A DNA stretch of 32,440 bases from Myxococcales bacterium (lineage in GTDB: Bacteria > Myxococcota > Myxococcia > Myxococcales > Myxococcaceae), in the NCBI GenBank assembly GCA_030696265.1, contig JAUYSO010000017.1, positions 136,368-168,807 on the forward strand. The letters run 5' to 3'. Below, piece by piece: positions 25,973 through 32,440 of this stretch. The number at the start of each line of letters is the position of its first letter. Position 1 is the stretch's first letter. The notes under the pieces were generated by a model. The model had not been told where the DNA came from, searched no databases, and worked only from the letters and a program-made list of their open reading frames with translations. The position numbers were made by a program, and so were the translations under genes.

Positions 25973-26890
25973 TTGTGGCGCATGTCCCGCGTGCGCCACG
26001 AGCGCCTCTGCATTCTGTCGCGTCAGCGGTCGCTGTACTCGACGACCCGCCTCGTCGAAGCCGCCGAGGCCCTCGACGCCAGCCCCATCGTCATCGACAC
26101 CCTGCGCTGCACCATGGTGATCGGCCCCGACGGCTCGCGGCTGCTCTACCGGGGCGTCAGCGTCGAAGGCCTCTCGGCCGTGATTCCGCGCATCGGCACC
26201 AGCATCACCAACTACGGCATGCAGGTCGTCAACCACCTCGACTCGATGGGCGTGCCCGTCGTCAACGGCGCCTCGGCCATCGCGCGCAGCCGCGACAAGG
26301 TGCGGTGTCTGCAGGTGCTCGCGGCCGGAGGCGTCGGCGTGCCCCGCACCGTGATGGCGAACGACACGGCGCACATCGTCCGGCTGGTCGACGCCGTGGG
26401 CGGGTTGCCCTGCATCATCAAGCTGCTCCGCGGCACCCAGGGCGTCGGCGTGATGATCGCCACCACGATGACCGAGGCGCGCACCATCGTCGACACCTTC
26501 ACCTCGCTGGGCCAGGAGATCTGCCTGCAGGAGTTCATCGCCGAGTCGAGCGGCAGAGACGTGCGCGCGCTCGTGGTGGGCGACCGCGTCGTGGGCGCGA
26601 TGCGGCGCCAGGCCCGGGCCGGTGAGTTCCGCAGCAACATTCACCGCGGGGGAGAAGGCAGCCCCGTCACCCTCGAGCCAGTGTTCCTCGAGACGGCCGT
26701 GAAGGCGGCGAAGCTCGTGGGCCTCGACATCTGCGGCGTCGACATGCTCGAGGGCAAGGACGGGCCGCGGGTGATGGAGCTGAACTCGTCTCCGGGTTTC
26801 GAGGGGCTCGAGCACGCGACCGGACAAGACGTGGCGTCGGAGGTGGTGCGCTTCGCCCTCGACCGCGCTGCCGCCGCGCGGAACTCGTGA
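25973..26890 (+). CDS. RimK-family ATP-grasp alpha-L-glutamate (amino-acid) ligase.
   Basis: The segment LCILSRQRSLYSTTRLVEAAEA…VIPRIGTSITNYG…ASAIARSRDKVRCLQVLAAGGVGVPRT…IIKLLRGTQGVGV…EFRSNIHRGGEGSP…MELNSSPGFEGLE is collinear with E. coli RimK. The real start may be the Met at 25982. Confidence 0.85.
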   Translation: MWRMSRVRHERLCILSRQRSLYSTTRLVEAAEALDASPIVIDTLRCTMVIGPDGSRLLYRGVSVEGLSAVIPRIGTSITNYGMQVVNHLDSMGVPVVNGASAIARSRDKVRCLQVLAAGGVGVPRTVMANDTAHIVRLVDAVGGLPCIIKLLRGTQGVGVMIATTMTEARTIVDTFTSLGQEICLQEFIAESSGRDVRALVVGDRVVGAMRRQARAGEFRSNIHRGGEGSPVTLEPVFLETAVKAAKLVGLDICGVDMLEGKDGPRVMELNSSPGFEGLEHATGQDVASEVVRFALDRAAAARNS

Positions 26891-26912
26891 CCGCCGGCAG
26901 ACGTCTGGGCCT

Positions 26913-27767
26913 GTGATGACGCTGACGCTCCTCGCGCTGCTCGCCGCCACGCCAGACCTCCTCGACCGCTGCCCGGCCCCGCTGCTCACCACCTCGAAGC
27001 TGACGGCAGGCGACCGCGTCGTGGCTCCGTCGGGCGGCGTGGTGACCGCGTCGACCGATGACGTGCTCGAGGTGCGCCTCTGCGCGTACGAGAACCACGA
27101 GGTGCGCGAGGTGCTGCTGACGGTGAAGCAGCCGAAGCTTCGAGCCGTCGAGGCCGGCGCCACCGTCGTGGCGGGACAACCGTTGGCCCGGGGGAGCGCC
27201 TTGCTCGATGGACAGGCGCCGACACGCTTCTTTCGCGAGCACGCGTTTCTCTACGACCCACGCCACGAAGCCGTGCTGCTCGTCGTCGACGTCGAGACGA
27301 ACGAAGCGCGTCGCTACGAACGCGGCGTGCGCACGCACACGTGGGAGGTCGGGCGCGGCCAGGCCGAGGGCGTCAAGACCGTGCGCGGAGACCTGAAGAC
27401 GCCACGCGGCCTCTACTTCGTCACCGACAAGTCCACCGGGCCGTTCACGGGCGACTTCGCCGGCTACTACGGAGGCCACTGGGTGAAGCTCAACTACCCG
27501 AACGCGTTCGACGCTCGCCGCGGAGAGAAGGAGCGGCTGCTCTCGCCTGAGCAGTCCGCGAGCATCGCGCAGACCTGGTGGAGACGAGCGCTGCCGACCC
27601 AGAAGACCAAGCTCGGCGGCGGCATCGGCTTCCACGGGTGGATTGCGCCGTGGCGCGGCGACGTCGAGGGCTTCGGGCTGTCATGGGGCTGCGTCGTGCT
27701 CCACCCGGAGGACGTCGCTGACTTCTACGCGCGCCTGCCGGTCGGTGCCGCCGTCGTCTTGAAATAG
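26913..27767 (+). CDS. Secreted L,D-transpeptidase (YkuD) domain protein.
   Basis: The N-terminus MMTLTLLALLAA is a signal peptide. The catalytic motif is GGGIGFHGWI…SWGCVVL, a His with a Cys about 20 residues later, as in YkuD domains. Confidence 0.8.
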   Translation: MMTLTLLALLAATPDLLDRCPAPLLTTSKLTAGDRVVAPSGGVVTASTDDVLEVRLCAYENHEVREVLLTVKQPKLRAVEAGATVVAGQPLARGSALLDGQAPTRFFREHAFLYDPRHEAVLLVVDVETNEARRYERGVRTHTWEVGRGQAEGVKTVRGDLKTPRGLYFVTDKSTGPFTGDFAGYYGGHWVKLNYPNAFDARRGEKERLLSPEQSASIAQTWWRRALPTQKTKLGGGIGFHGWIAPWRGDVEGFGLSWGCVVLHPEDVADFYARLPVGAAVVLK

Positions 27768-27774
27768 CCAGCCA

Positions 27775-28737
27775 TCAGCTCAGGCCCTTCGCCGCGCGCT
27801 GACTGAAGACCGAGAAGAGCAGCGCGAGGCTCGGCATCACCAGCACCGCTGCCACGGCGCTCGCGATGAGCAACACCTGCAGCGTCGCCGGGTGCGCGCG
27901 GCTCGACGCCAGCGTGTGCTCACCCCACACCAGCACCTCACCCTTCGCGACCGCCCACCCGATGACGACGGTGCTGGCGAGCGCTCCGACCGCGAAACGC
28001 GCCGCGCGGTAGCGACGCGTCGCCTGCATCGCCACGGCGAGGAACCCCAACAGCGTTCCGGCGAGGGCTGGCAGGCCAAAGCCGACCCGCGTGATGAGCA
28101 GGGGCGCGACGTCTGCCGCCACGGCGAGCGCGAGCCACGAAGCGGCGCCCGCCACCACGAGGCTGACGATGGCGCGACGCCGGAAGTCCTCGCGCACCGC
28201 CTCGTCGGTCGCCGCGACCGCCAGGTACGTCGCCGCCAGCGCCGCGACGAGGGCCAACATGAAGAAGCCTCCCGCGACGACGAAGAGGTCGAGCTCGAGT
28301 GACAGCGGCCGCTCGCGCACCATCGCCGCGCCGATCGCCCCGAGGATGAAGGGGCACCCGATGCTGGCGGCAGAGAACAGCGCTCCGAAGCGGCGGCGGC
28401 GCACCGGGTCGCTGTCGTAGTGGCGGAACGTGAAGGCCGAGCCCCGCATCACCAGGCCCATCGCGTACAGCGTCAGCGGCGTGAAGAGCGCGGTCGTCAG
28501 CGTCGCGAACGCGGGCGGGAAGGCGCTGAAGAACAGCACGAAGACGAAGATGAACCAGACGTGGTTCGCCTCCCAGATGGGCCCGATGGTGCGCTCGATG
28601 AGCGCGCGCTGGTCGTCTTTGCGTGGCCCAGAGGCCAGCAGGTCCCACACGCCGCCACCGAAGTCCGCGCCGCCGCCGAGCACGTAGAGCACCAGCCCGC
28701 CCACCATCACCGCGGCGATGACATGCTCAAGCCCCAT
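27775..28737 (-). CDS. cydB: Cytochrome bd ubiquinol oxidase subunit II.
   Basis: The protein starts MGLEHVIAAVMVGGLVLYVLGGGADFGGGVWDL…WEANHVWFIFVFVLFF. The internal Met at 28737 overlaps the cydA stop by 11 nt, the typical cydAB arrangement. The ORF-track start 28788 adds 17 junk codons. Confidence 0.9.
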   Translation of the reverse strand: MGLEHVIAAVMVGGLVLYVLGGGADFGGGVWDLLASGPRKDDQRALIERTIGPIWEANHVWFIFVFVLFFSAFPPAFATLTTALFTPLTLYAMGLVMRGSAFTFRHYDSDPVRRRRFGALFSAASIGCPFILGAIGAAMVRERPLSLELDLFVVAGGFFMLALVAALAATYLAVAATDEAVREDFRRRAIVSLVVAGAASWLALAVAADVAPLLITRVGFGLPALAGTLLGFLAVAMQATRRYRAARFAVGALASTVVIGWAVAKGEVLVWGEHTLASSRAHPATLQVLLIASAVAAVLVMPSLALLFSVFSQRAAKGLS

Positions 28738-30055
28738 GCGGCACCAGCGACGGCTCGACGGTCGGCTCGGGCTCGCGGAACAGCCCACGAAGGAGCGCCA
28801 CCACCGTCACCGCAAGGAAGACGTACAGCGCTGCGAAGACGGCGAGGCGGCCCGCGAGGCCTTCGACGCGCGTCGACGCATCGGCGGTGAGGAGCAGCCC
28901 TCGCACCACGTACGGTTGTCGTCCCCACTCCGTCACCAGCCACCCGGCCTCCATCGCGACCGGAGCAGCCACACCAGCCGCCACGAGCGCAAAGAGGAAC
29001 GCACGCTGCGGTGGCCATTCCTTCTTCCGCCAGCGCCAACCGAGGGCGAAGAGCGAGAGCAGCGCGAGGAAGCCGCCAGCGCCCACCATCACCTGGAAGC
29101 TGAGGTGCGTGCGGGTGACGGGAGGCCGCTCCGCCACTGGCACCTGGTCGAGGCCGGTGATGACGGCGTTCGGGTCCGCAGCGCCGAGCACCGACAGGCC
29201 ACATGGAATCTCGAGGCCGAACCGGACCGTGCCTGTCGCTTCGTCGGGCAGCCCACCGATGAGGAGCGGCGCGCACGCCATCGTCGTGAAGTGGGCCTCC
29301 ATCGCGGCGAGCTTCCACGGCTGGTGCTTCGTCACTTGCTTCGCCGCGACGTCACCCGAGAGCGGCAACAGCAGCGCCGCGACGGCGCCGACCGGCAACG
29401 CGACGTTGAGCGCGAGGCGATGAAATGACGGCTCCCTTCCGCGCAGCAGCAACACTGCGTGCACTGCCGCCATCACGAAGCCCGTCACCGCGTACGACGA
29501 GAGCAGCACGTGGACCACCTGCGTCGCTGCTGAGGGCGCGGTGAAGACGAGCCACGGCTGCTCGAGGTACGCGCGGCCCGCATCCCACTGCACCGGCACC
29601 GGCAGGTTCATGAAGGCGTTCACCACCGTGACGAAGCCCGCCGACGCGGCGCCCGAGACCGCCACCATCACGCCAGAGAAGCGGAACACGCGCGGCGAGA
29701 CGAGCTCGCGGCCATACAAGACGATGCCGAGGAAGATGGCCTCGAGGAAGAAGGCCACGCCCTCGAGCGCGAAGAGCGGGCCGACGACCTCACCGAAGCG
29801 CCGCATGAACTCTGGCCACAAGAGGCCGAGCTCGAGTGAGAGCACCGTGCCCGAGACCGCGCCGACCGCGAAGAGAATCGCAGTGCCCTTCGCCATGCGC
29901 TGGGCGAGCAACCGGTAGCGCGGCTCGTTCGTCCGCGTCGCCATCGTCTCGGCGATGACCAGGAGCAATGGCAGCCCGACTCCGAACGCCGCGAAGATGA
30001 TGTGAAACGCCAGCGAGAGCCCCATCTGTGCTCGCGCGAGCGTGGCGGTATCCAT
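28727..30055 (-). CDS. cydA: Cytochrome bd ubiquinol oxidase subunit I.
   Basis: The N-terminus MDTATLARAQMGLSLAFHIIFAAFGVGLPLL is that of a CydA. A Q-loop region and nine TM helices are present. The protein is 442 aa. Confidence 0.92.
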   Translation of the reverse strand: MDTATLARAQMGLSLAFHIIFAAFGVGLPLLLVIAETMATRTNEPRYRLLAQRMAKGTAILFAVGAVSGTVLSLELGLLWPEFMRRFGEVVGPLFALEGVAFFLEAIFLGIVLYGRELVSPRVFRFSGVMVAVSGAASAGFVTVVNAFMNLPVPVQWDAGRAYLEQPWLVFTAPSAATQVVHVLLSSYAVTGFVMAAVHAVLLLRGREPSFHRLALNVALPVGAVAALLLPLSGDVAAKQVTKHQPWKLAAMEAHFTTMACAPLLIGGLPDEATGTVRFGLEIPCGLSVLGAADPNAVITGLDQVPVAERPPVTRTHLSFQVMVGAGGFLALLSLFALGWRWRKKEWPPQRAFLFALVAAGVAAPVAMEAGWLVTEWGRQPYVVRGLLLTADASTRVEGLAGRLAVFAALYVFLAVTVVALLRGLFREPEPTVEPSLVPHGA

Positions 30056-30170
30056 GCTGCCTCCAGTGCCCCGCGGGAATAGTGACCTCGCCCAGCCGCC
30101 GCCATCGCAACGCGACGCCAGGGCGATGGGAGTCAGAAGCAGCGCCCGGGGATTCGGGAGTTCGCGCTCG

Positions 30171-32440
30171 TCAGTTGACTTCGATGCAGCCGATGTCGGG
30201 GTTGCTGCCCACCGGGTTGGGGCGGCTGGCGCCGTTCAAGTCGACCGCCGGCGCGCCTGTCGTCGTGCCTGCTGCGCGCGCCGGTGACGGGCTGGCCGGC
30301 GCGTAGTTGCCGTTGCCCGCGTTCACGAAGTCCGGGTCGCCGGCGACGTTGCCGGAGGACCCCATCAGCCCATTGATGGCCGCCGTGGTGGTGAGCGCCG
30401 TCGTGCCTTCATCGAAGTACAGCGGCGGGTTGAGGCTGGGCGAGTCGGTGAAGAACAGGTTGTTGCCGAGCGTGGCCGGGTCTGCGCCGGTGCTCGTCTC
30501 GCGGAACGCCACCGCCACCGAGCCCGAGCCCTGCGCCGGGCCAGCGAAGAAGATGTTGTTCCGCCACGTGCTCCCGACGAGGGCTGTCGCCGAGCCTGCC
30601 GGCCCCACCAGCTGCGCGCCGATGCTGTTGAGCGACGGCGAACCACCGCCAGAGGTCCTCGAGACGATGGTGTTCGAGTGGAAGTTCGCCGACGGCGTCG
30701 AGCCATCCGAGCGCTGGGCGAGCTGATTCGAGACGCCGATGCTGGTGAGGCACGGGCCGCCGACGATGAGGTTGTTGATGACGGACGCTGCAGAGCCCTG
30801 GAGCGTCATGCCGACGACGGTCGCGTTGTTGCCGCAGGTGATGCCGTTGCCGCCGACCCCAAGCCGGTTGGCCCGAAGGCTCGGCGACGAGTTGCGCAGG
30901 AGCACGTGGTTCATCTGGGTGCCCGAGGCGGCCGAGAAGGTGTTGTTCGCGAGCTCGTCGCACGAGCCGCGACACGAGGCGGGCTGATTGCCGCACGTTC
31001 CATCGCATGCGAGGCCAATGGAGTTGGGCGCCGAGACGAAGCCACCGAAGGCCGAGACGCCTGAGATGGAGCAGCGCGCGTCGAAGCCGTTGGGGTTGCG
31101 GAAGCCGGCGAACGAGCAGGCGATGCCGACGGTGTTCTCGGGCCCCATGCCGAACGCTGGAGCCTGGGAGGCGCCGGTGAACGTCGCGGAGCTCCCTGCC
31201 GTGCCCTCGAAGCGCACGGCACACCCGTCGAGCGCGGCGCCTCCGACGGCCGAGCTGTTGTTGCCTCCGACGACGCCGCCCGTCGCGGTGACGTTGCGAA
31301 CGATGGGGTTGCCGCTCCCCGGAGAGAGCGCGGGGCAGTTGTCGAACAACACGCCGACACCGAAGCGAGGCACGTTCATCACGTTGGCCACGCGCGGGCA
31401 GCCGACGGCCGTCACGCCCTCGACGCGCGTTCCGCTCGCTTCGCCCGACGACGCGAAGCCGAAGCAGCTGTTGGCGGCGCCTGCCGTGTACGTGCCTCGA
31501 GTGAAGGTCGAGCCCGGGCTGCTGATGATGAAGACGCCCGCCGAGGTGGTGCCGCCGTTCTCTGCCCTGAAGTCGACGCCCGCCACCGTGACACGCGCGA
31601 AGAGGCCCGCGAGACCGACGCTCGACGTCGAGCCAGAGCCCGCGTTCACCGTGCTGTTCGCGGGGCCTCCGCCTTGAAGCGACGGCGCAGCGGGAGCGGT
31701 CATGGTGCCAAGCACGTCGATGCCGATGGCATCGGCAGCGGTGCCGATGGCGATCTGGGGAGGCGCCACGTCGAAGTCACGGACGACGGGAGCGCTCTGC
31801 GTGATGGTGATGCCCGTGACGCGGCCGCCGACGAGGCCAGGGCCGCTCTTCTCGATCGAGAACCCGTCGAGCGAGGTCGCCGCCGTGAGGCCTGCAGGGA
31901 ACTTCAACCCCGTGGCCGCAGTGTTGCGAATCGACGTGCGGGGACCGTTGCGGGTCCACGTGAAGTTGCCGGCGCTCCCGGTGACCGACCATCGCCCTTC
32001 GAGCGAACGGCCTTCGACCATCGTGACGTCTTCGGAGTAGTTCACGGTCGCGCCGCCGAAGCGGGCCGCCACGTAGACGCGCGCGCCGTTGTTCATCGTG
32101 GCCAGCTGGATGCCACGGCCGATGGTCGAGACCGGGCTGTTTCGCGTTCCCGGGTTCGAGTTGTTCGCGCCCGGGCAGTTGCCACACACGTACGCATCAT
32201 TGACGGCGGCACCTCCGGCGCTGCCACCTGCGGCGCTTCCACCTGCGGCGCTTCCACCCGCGGCGCTTCCACCCGCGGCGCTGCCACCTGCGGCGCTTCC
32301 ACCTGCGGCGCTTCCACCTGCGGCGCTGCCACCCGCGGCGCTGCCACCTGCGGCGCTTCCACCTGCGGCGCTGCCACCTGCGGCGCTGCCACCTGCGGCG
32401 CTGCCACCTGCGGCGCTGCCACCTGCGGCGCTGCCACCTG
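30171..32440 (-). CDS. Secreted right-handed beta-helix (DUF1565-like) protein with an (AGGSA)n low-complexity array near its N-terminus. Partial: the start lies beyond the window end.
   Basis: The ORF track starts at GTG 32189, but the same frame stays open with no stop through the 15-bp repeat to the window edge (…GGSAAGGSAAGGAAVNDAYVCGNCPGAN…). PVSTIGRGIQLA…VYVAARFGGATVNY is a DUF1565-like N-terminal signature. The body is Gly, Asn, Ser and Thr-rich, with beta-helix rungs and several CxxC pairs. It ends …NPDIGCIEVN. Confidence 0.75.
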   Translation of the reverse strand, partial: GGSAAGGSAAGGSAAGGSAAGGSAAGGSAAGGSAAGGSAAGGSAAGGSAAGGSAAGGSAAGGSAAGGSAAGGSAGGAAVNDAYVCGNCPGANNSNPGTRNSPVSTIGRGIQLATMNNGARVYVAARFGGATVNYSEDVTMVEGRSLEGRWSVTGSAGNFTWTRNGPRTSIRNTAATGLKFPAGLTAATSLDGFSIEKSGPGLVGGRVTGITITQSAPVVRDFDVAPPQIAIGTAADAIGIDVLGTMTAPAAPSLQGGGPANSTVNAGSGSTSSVGLAGLFARVTVAGVDFRAENGGTTSAGVFIISSPGSTFTRGTYTAGAANSCFGFASSGEASGTRVEGVTAVGCPRVANVMNVPRFGVGVLFDNCPALSPGSGNPIVRNVTATGGVVGGNNSSAVGGAALDGCAVRFEGTAGSSATFTGASQAPAFGMGPENTVGIACSFAGFRNPNGFDARCSISGVSAFGGFVSAPNSIGLACDGTCGNQPASCRGSCDELANNTFSAASGTQMNHVLLRNSSPSLRANRLGVGGNGITCGNNATVVGMTLQGSAASVINNLIVGGPCLTSIGVSNQLAQRSDGSTPSANFHSNTIVSRTSGGGSPSLNSIGAQLVGPAGSATALVGSTWRNNIFFAGPAQGSGSVAVAFRETSTGADPATLGNNLFFTDSPSLNPPLYFDEGTTALTTTAAINGLMGSSGNVAGDPDFVNAGNGNYAPASPSPARAAGTTTGAPAVDLNGASRPNPVGSNPDIGCIEVN
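32205..32440. repeat. At least 15 perfect tandem copies of a 15-bp unit, gc(t/g)(g/t)ccacc(t/c)gcggc. The array continues past the window end and encodes (AGGSA)n on the minus strand.
   Basis: Direct reading gave gctgccacctgcggc gcttccacctgcggc gcttccacccgcggc …. There are no spacers. Confidence 0.85.

Noticed and set aside
25727-27163. 478-aa minus-strand ORF
   Set aside because: Shadow of the RimK and desaturase region. Arg/Gly-rich.
30056-30170. FNR/CydR-type box (TTGAT-N4-ATCAA) upstream of cydA
   Set aside because: No such palindrome is present in the 115-bp upstream region. The regulation cannot be inferred.
32093-32437. Minus-strand ORF reading the 15-bp array as (AAPQV)n
   Set aside because: The frame is different from that of the downstream beta-helix gene. 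The GGSAA frame is continuous with that gene and parallels the paralogue at 10037..11770.

Overview
This is a high-GC (about 70%) chromosomal segment. It is lipoprotein-rich and carries perfect Gly-rich tandem arrays in secreted beta-helix proteins, which fits a Myxococcota-type genome, but no taxon can be proven from the sequence alone. I call 27 protein-coding genes, two of them truncated at the window edges. There are no tRNA or rRNA genes, no transposase or integrase, and no CRISPR array.

Gene order along the window:
- (-) 1..2865, partial at its C-terminus: beta-oxidation multifunctional enzyme type-2-like protein with SDR, MaoC hydratase and three SCP2 domains; two of the SCP2 domains form a near-identical tandem DNA duplication.
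- Divergent promoter carrying a CAGAAT-N4-ATTCTG palindrome.
- (+) SGNH/GDSL hydrolase with a Cys-rich C-terminus, translationally coupled to a membrane-anchored ferritin-like di-iron protein.
- (-) lipoprotein.
- (+) NodU/CmcH-type carbamoyltransferase, followed by a 57-aa DUF5989/SxtK-like micro-ORF that is absent from the ORF track, then an NHL beta-propeller lipoprotein.
- (-) Gly-repeat DUF1565-like beta-helix lipoprotein.
- (+) atpD and atpC.
- (+) HDOD protein with a PilZ-like C-terminus.
- (+) secreted CxxCH protein overlapping a DMT/EamA transporter.
- (-) hypothetical protein.
- (+) three-gene operon: Cys-rich zinc-ribbon/TM/acidic-tail protein, PqqE-like radical SAM/SPASM enzyme, lipoprotein.
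- (-) periplasmic MsrB-MsrA fusion.
- (-) FabH-like KAS III.
- (+) amidohydrolase lipoprotein coupled by a GTGA overlap to a fatty-acid-desaturase-family membrane enzyme, then a RimK ATP-grasp ligase, then an L,D-transpeptidase.
- (-) cydA and cydB.
- (-) second beta-helix protein with an (AGGSA)n array that runs off the window end.

The best candidate for an undescribed system is the radical SAM/SPASM triad at 18307..21268. The carbamoyltransferase/DUF5989 module and the FabH-like/amidohydrolase-desaturase/RimK neighbourhood are secondary candidates.

Coordinate caveat: the printed sequence appears to hold 32441 characters rather than the stated 32440. My hand-derived positions match the ORF track up to about 30.2 kb. 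In the last ~2 kb they may be +1 relative to the track, so I used the track's coordinates there.
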